Source: Oscillospiraceae bacterium (lineage in GTDB: Bacteria > Bacillota > Clostridia > Oscillospirales > JAKOTC01). Taken from it: a stretch of DNA of 64,000 nt. Where the stretch lies: contig DAOSWV010000014.1 in assembly GCA_035380125.1 (NCBI GenBank), forward strand, positions 1,308 through 65,307, in the 5' to 3' direction. The notes under the pieces are model-generated. The model was given only the letters and a program-made list of their open reading frames with translations. It searched no databases and had not been told where the DNA came from. Shown here piece by piece: positions 9,871 to 20,037 of this stretch; the first letter of the stretch is position 1; each line of letters begins with the position of its first letter. Both the position numbers and the translations under genes were made by a program.

Positions 9871-11259
9871 ATGGAATTTCTTAACAACAATTTTCTTTTA
9901 TCTTCGCCGCAGGCGCAGGATTTATACCACTGTTATGCTGCGGCAATGCCCATTTTCGACTTTCATTGTCACATTGAAGCCAAAGAATTGGCGGAGAACA
10001 AACCCTATGAAAACATCACCCGTCTCTGGCTTGGCGGCGATCACTATAAATGGCGTGCCATGCGTATCAACGGCGTCGATGAAGCTATGATTACCGGCAA
10101 GGCGGATGACTTTACAAAATTTCATGCATGGGCAGATACAATCCAGCATGCGATCGGCAACCCGCTGTACCACTGGACACATCTGGAACTGTCCCGCTAT
10201 TTCGATATTGATTACCCACTCACGGTTTCAAACTGCGAGCTTGTCTATCGGGAATGCAATGAACGGTTAAGCACACCCGAACTGCTCCCCCGGAATATCG
10301 TCAGCCTTTCGAACGTAACCGCCATCTGCACCACCGACGATCCCGCCGACGATCTGCGTTATCATATCGAACTGTCCGCCTCTGATTTTGCAACAAAGGT
10401 CCTTCCGACCTTCCGACCGGACCGTGCCGTTCAGATCGACAAACCTGATTATATTGAATATATTGAAACGCTTTCCGATGCTTCCTGTGTAAATATTAAT
10501 AGCTTTACAGACCTCTGCGTTGCGCTTGCAAAACGCGCCGATTTCTTTGATTCAAACGGCTGTAGGGCCAGTGATATTTCCCTGGAAATCCCCGATTTTG
10601 ACCCGAATGGAGCAGACGGCGCATTTAAAACCGCATTATCCGGCGGCAAATTGACGGCTGAACAGATCATGCAATTTCGTTCAGAATTATATCTGTTCCT
10701 TGGAGAGTTGTATCATAAAAAGAACTGGGTCATGCAGCTGCATATCGGCGCACTGAGAAATGTGAGCACAACCATGATGGCGCGCCTCGGAGCAAATACG
10801 GGATTTGACACGGTGGATGATTGTAACTACATCCGCCCGCTGGCGACTTATCTGGATGCACTGCAAAAAGCAGGACATCTGCCGAAGACAATTCTTTATA
10901 ATCTCAACGCCAAAGACACGCAGGCACTGGCAACACTCGCGGCAACTTTCTGCGGCGACGGCATACCAGGGAAAGTGCAATACGGCGCGGCGTGGTGGTT
11001 CCTCGATACGCTCGAGGGCAACCGCGAACAGCTGAAAACACTCTCGGGGCTTTATTTACTGCCCCGTTTCATCGGCATGCTGACCGATTCCCGTTCCCTG
11101 CTCTCCTACACCCGCCATGAATATTTCAGACGGATCTTATGCGGCATGCTCGGCGAACAAATGGAAAAGGGTCTGATTCCGGATGATATTGAATACATCG
11201 GGAAAATAGTGCAGGACGTCTCTTTTAACAACGCGTTTTCATTTTTCGGACTTGCATAA
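9871..11259 (+). CDS. uxaC: Glucuronate (uronate) isomerase
   Basis: The N-terminus MEFLNNNFLLSSPQAQDLY..MPIFDFHCHI is the UxaC signature. A GGAGG SD lies 7 nt upstream of the ATG at 9871. Confidence 0.93.
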   Translation: MEFLNNNFLLSSPQAQDLYHCYAAAMPIFDFHCHIEAKELAENKPYENITRLWLGGDHYKWRAMRINGVDEAMITGKADDFTKFHAWADTIQHAIGNPLYHWTHLELSRYFDIDYPLTVSNCELVYRECNERLSTPELLPRNIVSLSNVTAICTTDDPADDLRYHIELSASDFATKVLPTFRPDRAVQIDKPDYIEYIETLSDASCVNINSFTDLCVALAKRADFFDSNGCRASDISLEIPDFDPNGADGAFKTALSGGKLTAEQIMQFRSELYLFLGELYHKKNWVMQLHIGALRNVSTTMMARLGANTGFDTVDDCNYIRPLATYLDALQKAGHLPKTILYNLNAKDTQALATLAATFCGDGIPGKVQYGAAWWFLDTLEGNREQLKTLSGLYLLPRFIGMLTDSRSLLSYTRHEYFRRILCGMLGEQMEKGLIPDDIEYIGKIVQDVSFNNAFSFFGLA

Positions 11260-11293
11260 AGGCAAAAACGTATAAAGGAAAGGCGGTTCCATC

Positions 11294-11584
11294 ATGAAAA
11301 TAACGGGCAAGCAGATTTTTGCAATCGCGGTTATCATCATTTCGCTGGCATTTGTTATCGTGGGCTTTTTGATTCTGCCCGATACACTGGTGATGCAGAT
11401 CACAGTGTCCGGTTCCGCCGGAACGACCCTACCGAAACTCGTGGGGCTTGCGATTCCTTTTGTGATCAGTGTCGGATTTGCTTTGTATTATTTGATGGAT
11501 AAGAAATCGAAAAGCAGCAAGAGTCTTTTGGGGTCTCTGGTCGGCATCGCCGCGTTTGTTTTTACTTTTGTGTTTAATCTTTAA
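11294..11584 (+). CDS. Small membrane protein, 3 predicted TM, function unknown
   Basis: 96 aa with three hydrophobic stretches. An AAGGAAAGG SD lies upstream. Confidence 0.55.
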   Translation: MKITGKQIFAIAVIIISLAFVIVGFLILPDTLVMQITVSGSAGTTLPKLVGLAIPFVISVGFALYYLMDKKSKSSKSLLGSLVGIAAFVFTFVFNL

Positions 11585-11635
11585 ATATTAAAAACTTGCA
11601 CAATCATTTGATGAGCGCCCATTAAATACTTTGGA

Positions 11636-12475
11636 GTGACTAGTACGAACAGGAAATTATTTTGCCAAATTTCACCTTTTACATACCGACTTTCAGTTCT
11701 TCGATGCAGAGGATTTCGGCATCTGAAGAACATTTTGTCGTTTAAAAAATTCGCACATCAACGCTCCGATTCCCCGCTTCCCGTTTCTGTTTATAAACAT
11801 AATTCATTAATTCGGCGGCGGCTCGGAAATGTGGATATGCAATTGCAGGAGAACAAGGCGGTCAATTTATCTCTCGCCGCACCGAAACTGAGCGGAATTT
11901 TAATCAAGCCCGGACAGACCTTTTCATTTTGGCTTCTGGTCGGAAGCGCCTCGGCAAAACGCGGATATAAAGAAGGGCTGACGATCACAGCCGGGCGTGC
12001 CACCAAAGGTATCGGAGGCGGGATGTGCCAGCTGACCAATCTCATTCACTGGATGGTTTTGCACACCGATTTGACCGTCACCGAATTGCACCACCATGAC
12101 CGGTTCGATTTGTTTCCCGATTTTAACCGACAGGTGCCGTTCGGAACCGGAACTTCTATCCTTTATAATTATCTCGATTATCAGGTCAAAAATGAAACCG
12201 ACATCACTTATCAATTGATAATTTATACGACTGATGAATATCTGTGCGGGGAAATCAAAGCCGACCGAAATCAACCCTATGTCTATCACATCAAGAGTCA
12301 AAATGAGTTTTTTTCCAAAGAGCCTGACGGCGTTTACCGCAATGGTGAGATTTTACGCGTCAAAGTCGATCCCGTGACCGGAAATCATATTGAGACAAAA
12401 ATTTTGCGTAAAAATCATGCGAAAGTGGCGTATGACACCGCGAATCTTGAGATAAAAGACCTAAGGCCCGCATGA
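11636..12475 (+). CDS. vanW: VanW family protein
   Basis: 279 aa with the conserved core GGGMCQLTNLIHW..HHHD..FPD..VPFGTG that I associate with VanW-like proteins. It has a GTG start. Confidence 0.8.
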   Translation: MTSTNRKLFCQISPFTYRLSVLRCRGFRHLKNILSFKKFAHQRSDSPLPVSVYKHNSLIRRRLGNVDMQLQENKAVNLSLAAPKLSGILIKPGQTFSFWLLVGSASAKRGYKEGLTITAGRATKGIGGGMCQLTNLIHWMVLHTDLTVTELHHHDRFDLFPDFNRQVPFGTGTSILYNYLDYQVKNETDITYQLIIYTTDEYLCGEIKADRNQPYVYHIKSQNEFFSKEPDGVYRNGEILRVKVDPVTGNHIETKILRKNHAKVAYDTANLEIKDLRPA

Positions 12476-12481
12476 CCGGTT

Positions 12482-13996
12482 TCAACCGAGTACGAGAATT
12501 CCATAAGGCGCGAGTGTGAGTTCCGTGCCTGAAGTTTTGAATTTGGCGGAGGACTTGCCGTCGACAGACAGCTGACCGATGGTTTTTGAAGCAATTCCCG
12601 CGTCAAGGGTTACTGCCTGACTTTCCGATGAGAAATTTATACTGATATAAATACTGCTGCCATTCCAGGTCTTTTTTAAAACCGCGACCGAGTCCACAGG
12701 GCTTTCCAAGATTTCAACGGTACCGCGGGCGATTTCGGAGATTTCGGCACGCAGCCGCATTGCCGCTTTATAATAATTCAAAATTGAATTTTTATCTTTT
12801 TCCTGCTCTTTCACCGAGGGAAAAGAATATTTTACAGTGGTTGTTCCCGGCGGGGGCGTCGTGGTTTCGTCTTCGGTCGTCCACAACATTCCGATGCGCT
12901 TGTTTGGGTCGTTCCCCGTCCCTTTCATGCCGATCTCATCACCGTAATAGACGAACACCGAACCCGGCATCATCGCAAGCAATCCCGCCGCAAATTTGAT
13001 CTTAGTCTTGTCGGTTCCCAAAAAGCCCGCGCTTCGGGAGAGATCGTGGTTATCGAGAAACGGCGAGATGATGACGTCGCCGAGGGTATCCTGCAGCGTT
13101 GTTAAAGCGCCGCAATAAATCGAGGCCGCTTTCTCCGGCTTTGAAGAATTGACCGCAGCCGCGAGATAGCCGTCCAGATTAGCGGTCGGGAAGCAGAACA
13201 ACGAATCGACACCGCTTTGATAATAGGTCTCAATGGTGGAAAGTACGCTCCAGACCTCGCCGACGACAAAGCTGCCGGATTTCAAGATTTCTGCTTCATT
13301 ATTGAGCCAGCTGAGAAAATCGACGCTCTTTTGTTGATCGTCGGTATAATAGCTTGTGCAGGCGTCCAGCCGAAAACCGTCTGCCCCCATATCATTCAGC
13401 CAGAAGTTCATGATCTTTTCGATTTCCGCGCGCACTTCGTTGCTGTCGAGATTCAGATCGGGCATGCCGGACTGGAACCGTCCTTCGTAATACAAGCCAT
13501 CGCTCAGTTTATGGTATCCTGCAGTGGATTTATCGCTCCAGTTATACCAGTCGTGATAAGGTGAATTGACATCCGCGGCGGCGGTAAACCACGGGTTTTC
13601 ACTCGACGTGTGATTGACCGGCAGATCAATAATCACCCGAATGCCGAGTTCATGCGCCTTTGTCATCAACGATTGGAAGTCCTCGTTGGTTCCGTATTGA
13701 CTGTCGACGGTATAATAATCGGCAACGTCGTATTTATGATAGGAGGGCGACTGCATGATTGGCATCAGCCAGATGCCGTTAAAGCCCATCTCTGCAACAT
13801 ATTCAAGCTTTTCGGTCACTCCGTTCAGATCGCCGATACCGTCTTCGTTGGTATCATAAAACGAATAGACAAAGATTTCATACCAATTGCGGTAATCGTC
13901 ATCGAGGGCGGTCGGTTTTGCCGTACAGCCGAAAACGGAGGGTAAAATCAATACAAATATAAGCAATAATGAAACGATCTTTTTCACTATAATCAT
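12482..13996 (-). CDS. GH13 alpha-amylase family lipoprotein
   Basis: GH13 regions are present: DLPVNHTS, GADGFRLDA, GEVW and FLDNHD. There is a signal peptide with lipobox SVFGC. The start is uncertain: ATG at 13996, or GTG at 13987 with better SD spacing. Confidence 0.85.
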   Translation of the reverse strand: MIIVKKIVSLLLIFVLILPSVFGCTAKPTALDDDYRNWYEIFVYSFYDTNEDGIGDLNGVTEKLEYVAEMGFNGIWLMPIMQSPSYHKYDVADYYTVDSQYGTNEDFQSLMTKAHELGIRVIIDLPVNHTSSENPWFTAAADVNSPYHDWYNWSDKSTAGYHKLSDGLYYEGRFQSGMPDLNLDSNEVRAEIEKIMNFWLNDMGADGFRLDACTSYYTDDQQKSVDFLSWLNNEAEILKSGSFVVGEVWSVLSTIETYYQSGVDSLFCFPTANLDGYLAAAVNSSKPEKAASIYCGALTTLQDTLGDVIISPFLDNHDLSRSAGFLGTDKTKIKFAAGLLAMMPGSVFVYYGDEIGMKGTGNDPNKRIGMLWTTEDETTTPPPGTTTVKYSFPSVKEQEKDKNSILNYYKAAMRLRAEISEIARGTVEILESPVDSVAVLKKTWNGSSIYISINFSSESQAVTLDAGIASKTIGQLSVDGKSSAKFKTSGTELTLAPYGILVLG

Positions 13997-14020
13997 CACC
14001 CTCCATACTGATTCATGCAA

Positions 14021-14052
14021 AAAATCCCCGCAGCGAACAGCGGGGATTTTTC
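14021..14052 (-). terminator. Rho-independent terminator after clpX
   Basis: Stem atccccgc / gcggggat is followed, on the minus strand, by a T-run (the A-run at 14015-14025 on the plus strand). Confidence 0.6.
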
Positions 14053-14060
14053 ATCTTCGT

Positions 14061-15383
14061 TTATATTGCGGTATCTGTGGGTTTTGTGCGGGTGCTGCGT
14101 TTTTTCTCCGAGGCGGGAATCCGAATGACCTGTGGTGTACGGGAAGTGTCGTGCTCAACTTTAATGCGATTCTTTCCCTCAACACAAGCCTTCGTCACAA
14201 TCACTTTGCTGATCGTGTGATCGGATGGGACTTCGTACATCGGCGATGCAAGGACATTTTCGACGATGGAACGCAGTCCGCGGGCTCCGGTGCGGCGCTC
14301 AATCGCTTTCTCCGCGATCGCTTCCAACGCTCCCGGTTCAAATTCAAGCTCGACGTTATCCAACTTGAACAGTTGTATAAACTGCTTGACGATGGCGTTT
14401 TTCGGCTCTGTGAGAATACGGATGAAGGCATCGCGGTCGAGTGCCTCAAGCGTGGAGAGAACCGGGATACGCCCCACCAATTCCGGAATTAACCCGTATT
14501 TGATCAGATCCTGCGGAATTACCTGTGCCACAAGCGCGTCGTAACCCTCGCTCTTTTTGCTCATCAGGTTGGCGTTGAAACCCATTGAAGTGCTTCCGAC
14601 GCGGCGTTCGATGATTTTCTCGATGCCGTCAAACGCGCCGCCGCAGATGAACAGAATATTGGTCGTGTCAATTTGGATAAATTCCTGCTGAGGATGCTTT
14701 CTGCCGCCGGTCGGGGGTACGTTTGAAACAGTGCCCTCAAGAATCTTCAGCAATGCTTGTTGAACACCCTCGCCCGAAACATCTCGGGTGATCGAAGTGT
14801 TTTCGCTCTTGCGGCTGATCTTATCAATCTCATCGATATAGATGATGCCTTTTTCGGCAAGTTCCACATCGTAATCCGCCGCCTGAATCAGACGCAGCAG
14901 AATATTTTCAACATCTTCGCCGACGTAACCGGCTTCGGTCAGGGTCGTGGCGTCTGCAATGGCGATCGGGACTTTGAGTTTTCGCGCCAATGTCTGAGCC
15001 AAAAAGGTCTTACCGACGCCGGTCGGTCCAAGTAAGAGAATATTGGACTTTTGCAGTTCGATGTCGCTTTCGCCGCGCAGAAAGATACGTTTATAGTGGT
15101 TATACACCGCGGTCGACAGGGTTTGTTTTGCGCTCTCCTGCCCAATCACGTATTCGTCGAGGTATGATTTAATTTCCATCGGTTTGGGCAGCGGATCGCC
15201 GCCGTCGCGGATGGTCGGTTTTTTTGCGCTCTCGCTGATCTCACCATTGATGAGATTATGGCAGAGCGTAATACACTCATTGCAGATATAGACGCCGGGT
15301 CCCGCAATGATTCGATCGACTTCCTGTGTGCTTCGGTTGCAAAATGAGCAGCGCGGAAGTTTGGGATCTTCGAATTTTGGCAT
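14061..15383 (-). CDS. clpX: ATP-dependent Clp protease ATP-binding subunit ClpX
   Basis: 440 aa with an N-terminal zinc ribbon (CSFC..CNEC), Walker A GPTGVGKT, Walker [10 protein letters not shown] and a GARGLR sensor motif. Confidence 0.97.
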   Translation of the reverse strand: MPKFEDPKLPRCSFCNRSTQEVDRIIAGPGVYICNECITLCHNLINGEISESAKKPTIRDGGDPLPKPMEIKSYLDEYVIGQESAKQTLSTAVYNHYKRIFLRGESDIELQKSNILLLGPTGVGKTFLAQTLARKLKVPIAIADATTLTEAGYVGEDVENILLRLIQAADYDVELAEKGIIYIDEIDKISRKSENTSITRDVSGEGVQQALLKILEGTVSNVPPTGGRKHPQQEFIQIDTTNILFICGGAFDGIEKIIERRVGSTSMGFNANLMSKKSEGYDALVAQVIPQDLIKYGLIPELVGRIPVLSTLEALDRDAFIRILTEPKNAIVKQFIQLFKLDNVELEFEPGALEAIAEKAIERRTGARGLRSIVENVLASPMYEVPSDHTISKVIVTKACVEGKNRIKVEHDTSRTPQVIRIPASEKKRSTRTKPTDTAI

Positions 15384-15401
15384 GTTCCCTCCGTCCGGCC
15401 T

Positions 15402-15983
15402 TTATCGCTTGGTCAATACCTTGTCGATCAGGCCGTATTCGACCGCCTGTTCGGCAGTCATAAAGTTATCACGATCCGTGTCTTTGGAAATGACTTCGAT
15501 CGGTTTACCGGTGCGCTCGGCGAGAATGCGGTTCAGGTTTTCACGGGTGCGCAGAATATGATCTGCGTGGATTTTGATATCCGAGGCCTGACCCTGTGCG
15601 CCGCCCATCGGCTGATGGATCAAAATATCGCTGTTGGGAAGCGCGAAACGCTTGCCCTTCGTGCCGGCCGCAAGCAAAAACGCACCCATGCTGGCCGCCA
15701 TACCGATACAGATCGTCGAGACGTCGCATTTGATGAACTGCATGGTATCGTAGATCGCAAGACCTGCGGTAACAGAGCCGCCCGGGCTGTTGATATAAAG
15801 CTGAATGTCTTTTTCGGGATCCTGTCCCTCGAGATACAGCAGCTGCGCGACCACGAGACCTGCCGTGACTTCGTTGACTTCCTCACCCAGCATAACGATG
15901 CGGTCGTTGAGAAGGCGCGAATAGATGTCAAAACTGCGCTCGCCGCGCGAGGTCTGTTCAATGACCATCGGAACTAAACTCAT
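15402..15983 (-). CDS. clpP: ATP-dependent Clp protease proteolytic subunit
   Basis: 193 aa with the motifs GMAASMG (Ser), IHQP (His) and RD. Confidence 0.97.
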   Translation of the reverse strand: MSLVPMVIEQTSRGERSFDIYSRLLNDRIVMLGEEVNEVTAGLVVAQLLYLEGQDPEKDIQLYINSPGGSVTAGLAIYDTMQFIKCDVSTICIGMAASMGAFLLAAGTKGKRFALPNSDILIHQPMGGAQGQASDIKIHADHILRTRENLNRILAERTGKPIEVISKDTDRDNFMTAEQAVEYGLIDKVLTKR

Positions 15984-16036
15984 ACGAATACCTCCATTGT
16001 CTGTATTCTCTCTATTTTTAACGTTCCCGCTTTGGG

Positions 16037-17449
16037 TTATTCCGCCTTGTCGGCAGCGGGTTCTTTTTCTGTGGTGTCTTTCTTGGCAGCGGGTTTCTTT
16101 GCCGGGGTTTTCTTGGGCTTTTCTTCCGCGGTATCGTCCGCTTTCTTTGTCGCTTTTGCGGTCTTTTTCTCGCCGGCAGGTTTTACGGAAGCCGCGTTCT
16201 TAACAAGTTCGTAAGCTTTCAGCGTCTTCATGTCCTCACGCATATCCTCGGCGGAGACGACCTTTTTCAGCTCGTCTGCACTCCGGCCATACTTCTCGGC
16301 TTCTTTGACAAATTCGGCTTCGATCTCTTCGTCGGTGACTTCGATCTTTTCGAGTTCGGCGATTTTTTCAAGCGCCAATGTGCTCTTTACGCGGGATTCG
16401 CCTTGTTTTCTGAACTGGCCGCGTAGTTCGTCGATACCCATGCCGGTCATCTGCATATACTGCTCGAGCGAGAAGCCCTGCATACGCGAACGGTAATCGA
16501 AATCCTGAAGCGCACGGTCGGCGGCGGATTCAAACATAACCTCGGGAATGTCGCCCTTGACCAGTTCGCAGAGCTTTTCGGTGACAGCCATTCCGATCGC
16601 ATCATCCGCTTTAGATTCCTTATCCTTCTGCAGACGCTCGCGAATGGAATTTTTATATTCGTCAACGGTGTTGAATTCGCTGACATCTTTGACAAACTCG
16701 TCGTCAAGTTCGGGGATTTCCTTCTTTTTGACTTCGTGCAGCTTGGTTTTAAAAACGGCTTTTTTGCCAGCCAGCTGTTCGGCGCCGTATTCATTCGGGA
16801 ATTCGACATTCACGTCAAATTCATCGCCGGCGATATGTCCGATGATCTGATCTTCAAAGCCCGGGATGAATGCGCCGGAGCCGAGGGTAAGATCATATTT
16901 TTCCGCTTTTCCGCCTTCAAATGCCGTGCCGTCGACAAAACCCTCGAAGTCAATCGAGGTGATATGGCCCTTTTCGGCTTTGCCGTCGATGGTCAGAATA
17001 CGGGAACCGCGCTCACGCGCTTTATCAACTTCGGCGTTGATTTCTTCTTCTGTGACTTCGGTCGAAGGTTTTTCGACCTCAATGCCTTTGTATTCGCCGA
17101 CTTCGATGGTCGGTTTAACCCAAATCACGGCCTTGAATTCGACGCCGTCTTTGCCGATGGATTCGATGTTCAGTTCGGGACGGGAAACAGCAATTAATTC
17201 GGCCTCTTTGACGGCATCTTCAACCGCCTGCGGATACAGTGCGTTGAAAGCGGTCTCGTAAAAAGCGCCTTCGCCGTAATATTGTTCAAGCAGTTTTCTC
17301 GGGGCCTTACCTTTGCGAAATCCCGGGATCGCCATCTTGACGCGGTCCTTGAGATAGGCCTTGTCGGTGGCCTCTGCAAATGTCTGCGCATCGATTGTAA
17401 TGGTCAGCTCGTATTTGTTGTTTTCGAGCATGGTTTTTGTCTTTAACAT
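16037..17449 (-). CDS. tig: Trigger factor with a C-terminal Lys/Ala/Pro-rich extension
   Basis: 470 aa with the ribosome-binding motif GFRKGKAP, an FKBP-type middle domain and a C-terminal arm. An extra basic tail of about 48 aa follows. Confidence 0.95.
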   Translation of the reverse strand: MLKTKTMLENNKYELTITIDAQTFAEATDKAYLKDRVKMAIPGFRKGKAPRKLLEQYYGEGAFYETAFNALYPQAVEDAVKEAELIAVSRPELNIESIGKDGVEFKAVIWVKPTIEVGEYKGIEVEKPSTEVTEEEINAEVDKARERGSRILTIDGKAEKGHITSIDFEGFVDGTAFEGGKAEKYDLTLGSGAFIPGFEDQIIGHIAGDEFDVNVEFPNEYGAEQLAGKKAVFKTKLHEVKKKEIPELDDEFVKDVSEFNTVDEYKNSIRERLQKDKESKADDAIGMAVTEKLCELVKGDIPEVMFESAADRALQDFDYRSRMQGFSLEQYMQMTGMGIDELRGQFRKQGESRVKSTLALEKIAELEKIEVTDEEIEAEFVKEAEKYGRSADELKKVVSAEDMREDMKTLKAYELVKNAASVKPAGEKKTAKATKKADDTAEEKPKKTPAKKPAAKKDTTEKEPAADKAE

Positions 17450-17481
17450 AAACGCCCTCCTATAAGCGGTAAATCCTGTTG

Positions 17482-17510
17482 ATTATATCATATCAACCCA
17501 TGAAATACAA
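17482..17510 (-). promoter_or_regulatory. Sigma-70-type promoter candidate for tig
   Basis: Read on the minus strand: TTGTAT, a 17-nt spacer, then TATAAT. It lies about 30 nt upstream of the GGAGGG SD of tig. Confidence 0.4.
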
Positions 17511-17557
17511 TAGAAAACCCCAATTTTTATCCGATAACATGCCTTCATTGAAAATGA

Positions 17558-18706
17558 TCAGTTGATTTTTAACTCTGTGAATTCCTTATTCCATTTTAAA
17601 ACTTCCGACTTGTTTTTCAAAGACACCGACACCTGCTCTTTTCCTTGCACGGCAACTGTTGAGGATGTCACATTTCGCACCAATAAAGTCGGAATTTCTC
17701 TGTCTGTATCAAACTCCGTTATTCGTGAGAATCCGGTGATTTTAAAATCTTTGACCATACTCTCGCAAAGCAGTAACGCGTTCACTTTGCTGTTCCCGGT
17801 ATGCCAAATTCGCATATCCTCAATTTCGATATTCTCTATCTCACCAACGCCATCGGGATAGTCATTTTCTTTGAACAGAGGGGTGAGGCAATAACGTGCG
17901 GCGTCCATGTTGACTGCATATACCCGGCATCCGCCGGATATGTCTTTGATCCTTATATTGCGAATCGGCGAAGTAATACTTAATAACCGAAAAAAAGTGT
18001 AGCAGTTTTCAGCACTGACATTTTCCACCGTGATGTTCTCGATCGGGCCTCGGGACATATCTAAATTTTCAACGCGCTCCATGCTGTCATCTGCATTGAA
18101 AGCGATCATGTCATCATTGGTTTGACCGTTTGAGAGAGCAGTTATGTCTTTGATTCTGCCATTACGCACGTTCCCGCCGAAATGGAGTCCGTCTTGATTT
18201 GGACGAAGTTCATCACTTGAAAACCGGATAGATGAAATATCGAATCCGTCAAGCCTGTTAAAACGAACATAAAAAGCGGCCGAATTAGTTATGGTCATAT
18301 CTCTCAGAATAAGGCCTCTGATATTTGAAAAATTCAACACGGTGCCGCTGTAGCCGTTTGGGTCATACAAACCCGCTTTTACATTACACCGACCGGCGTT
18401 ATTGCCGTCCCATATTCCTCCTGAAATACTGATTTCATTGTTTCCGCTTTCCGGGTTGTCGTTGGAAAGCAGAAAATCGCCGCGCTTTTTAGGTGTTTCT
18501 CCGCACAAAAACAACCGTGCTTTTGCTGATGCCCTGATTGCGGTATGAGACGGCACTTTCAGCGTGGACGTGATACGATAGTTACCATCGGGAATTTCTA
18601 TCACTTCCGCTCGGTCAAGCGCAAGTTGAATTGCCGCTGTGTCGTCCGAAAGTCCATCCCCCTTGGCGCCTAAAGTTTTGATACCTAAAACTTTTTCGTT
18701 TTTCAT
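17558..18706 (-). CDS. Pectate-lyase-superfamily / GH28-related right-handed beta-helix protein
   Basis: 382 aa. The N-terminus GAKGDGLSDDTAAIQLALD is typical of the Pectate_lyase_3 / rhamnogalacturonase-like family. Short beta-helix turns repeat along the sequence, and I see no signal peptide. Confidence 0.7.
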   Translation of the reverse strand: MKNEKVLGIKTLGAKGDGLSDDTAAIQLALDRAEVIEIPDGNYRITSTLKVPSHTAIRASAKARLFLCGETPKKRGDFLLSNDNPESGNNEISISGGIWDGNNAGRCNVKAGLYDPNGYSGTVLNFSNIRGLILRDMTITNSAAFYVRFNRLDGFDISSIRFSSDELRPNQDGLHFGGNVRNGRIKDITALSNGQTNDDMIAFNADDSMERVENLDMSRGPIENITVENVSAENCYTFFRLLSITSPIRNIRIKDISGGCRVYAVNMDAARYCLTPLFKENDYPDGVGEIENIEIEDMRIWHTGNSKVNALLLCESMVKDFKITGFSRITEFDTDREIPTLLVRNVTSSTVAVQGKEQVSVSLKNKSEVLKWNKEFTELKIN

Positions 18707-18825
18707 TGTTTTTTCTCCCGCTTCTTTCTTGTATCTATTTTATCATGTTTGATTATAAAAGTACAAGCTAACATCAGTACCTGTTTAAAAAGACACGCTG
18801 AAGAAACCCATCTGTTAAAATCCGA

Positions 18826-18854
18826 TTGGATTTTCAATCGTAATGTGATAGAAT
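18826..18854 (+). promoter_or_regulatory. Promoter candidate for the pseudouridine synthase gene
   Basis: TTGGAT, a 17-nt spacer, then TAGAAT with an extended -10 (TGaTAGAAT). Confidence 0.4.
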
Positions 18855-18882
18855 AACGATATCAAGAGCCGGAGGATTTTCT

Positions 18883-19833
18883 ATGAGGGAATTCACTGTC
18901 AACCAAAACGACACCGGGCAGCGTCTGGATAAATTTATAACCAAAGCCGTGCCGAAGCTTCCGGCCTCTTTGTTATATAAATATATTCGCATCAAACGCA
19001 TCAAAGTCAACGGTAAAAGGGCTGACGAACGTCAAAAACTCATTTTGGGCGATCTGATACAACTCTATGTGAACGACGAATTTTTTGAACAAAATGATTC
19101 CCCGCTCGATTTTATGAACACCACCGACGATGTCCGCGTAGTCTATGAGGACGAGAACATCCTTGTTGCCGATAAACCAGCCGGACTGCTGTGCCACAGT
19201 GACGAAAACGAGAGCCGCCATACGCTGATTAATAAAATCTTACTCTATTTATATCATCAAAATTCATATCTTCCGGAAAATGAAAACAGCTTTACACCAG
19301 CGCTCTGCAACCGCATTGACCGCAACACCTCCGGCCTTGTGATCGCGGCAAAAAACGCCGAAGCACTTCGGATTATGAGCGAAAAAATCAAGCTCCGTGA
19401 AGTGAAAAAGTTTTATAAATGCGTCGTTTTCGGAAAATTTCCCGTTCCTTCGGGAGAAATTCGCTCCTATCTGACCAAAGACGGGAATAATAATATGGTC
19501 AGCGTCTCGAATAAGCAAAAACCCGGGGCGGTAAGCGCGGTGAGCAAATATAAAGTGTTGAAAACAACAGATGAACTTTCGTTGCTTGAGGTCGAATTGG
19601 TCACGGGCAGAACGCACCAGATTCGTGCGCAGTTTGCCGATGCCAACCATCCGCTGCTCGGGGATACCAAATACGGAAACGCCGCCAGAAGCAAACCTTA
19701 TGGCTTCAACTGGCAGGCATTATGTGCATATAAGATTAAATTTGATTTTGCGAATGACGCGGGGATTTTGCAATATCTCAATCAAAAAATCATCGAACTG
19801 CCCCCGCCCGAATTTGAACTTTTACTGTTTTGA
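18883..19833 (+). CDS. RluA-family 23S rRNA pseudouridine synthase
   Basis: 316 aa with an N-terminal S4-like domain, a catalytic HRIDRNTSG-like motif (CNRIDRNTSGL) and GRTHQIR. Confidence 0.88.
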   Translation: MREFTVNQNDTGQRLDKFITKAVPKLPASLLYKYIRIKRIKVNGKRADERQKLILGDLIQLYVNDEFFEQNDSPLDFMNTTDDVRVVYEDENILVADKPAGLLCHSDENESRHTLINKILLYLYHQNSYLPENENSFTPALCNRIDRNTSGLVIAAKNAEALRIMSEKIKLREVKKFYKCVVFGKFPVPSGEIRSYLTKDGNNNMVSVSNKQKPGAVSAVSKYKVLKTTDELSLLEVELVTGRTHQIRAQFADANHPLLGDTKYGNAARSKPYGFNWQALCAYKIKFDFANDAGILQYLNQKIIELPPPEFELLLF

Positions 19834-19920
19834 CTTTATAGAATATAAGGGCATCGCGCCCTACTGACACTTATATATAAATATATAAATCATGTGTATG
19901 AATTATAGAAATCCTAATCT

Positions 19921-20007
19921 GTCTTTGCGAGGAGTACAACGACGAAGCAATCCAGAAGCCATACGGTCTGGATTGCCACGGGGCAAAAGCCCCTAGCAAT
20001 GACGATT
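19921..20007 (+). repeat. 87-nt structured palindromic intergenic repeat, copy A
   Basis: 72 of 87 positions are identical to 62106-62192 in my position-by-position count. It contains a perfect 10-bp stem gcaatccaga / tctggattgc and a ggggc-NAAA-gcccc hairpin. Confidence 0.75.
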
Positions 20008-20037
20008 AAAAAATTAATTTATTGATGCTTCATGATT

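Noticed and set aside
11636-12475. I considered the VanW gene as a sign of a glycopeptide-resistance cluster.
   Set aside because: There are no vanH/A/X-type ligase, dehydrogenase or dipeptidase genes, and no VanRS genes, anywhere in the window. Stand-alone VanW-family genes are common in Clostridia.
12475-12482. The convergent VanW and GH13 genes are separated by only 6 nt, with no terminator hairpin.
   Set aside because: It is noted as a compact junction only. Nothing in the sequence itself indicates regulation, and possible antisense read-through cannot be judged without transcript data.
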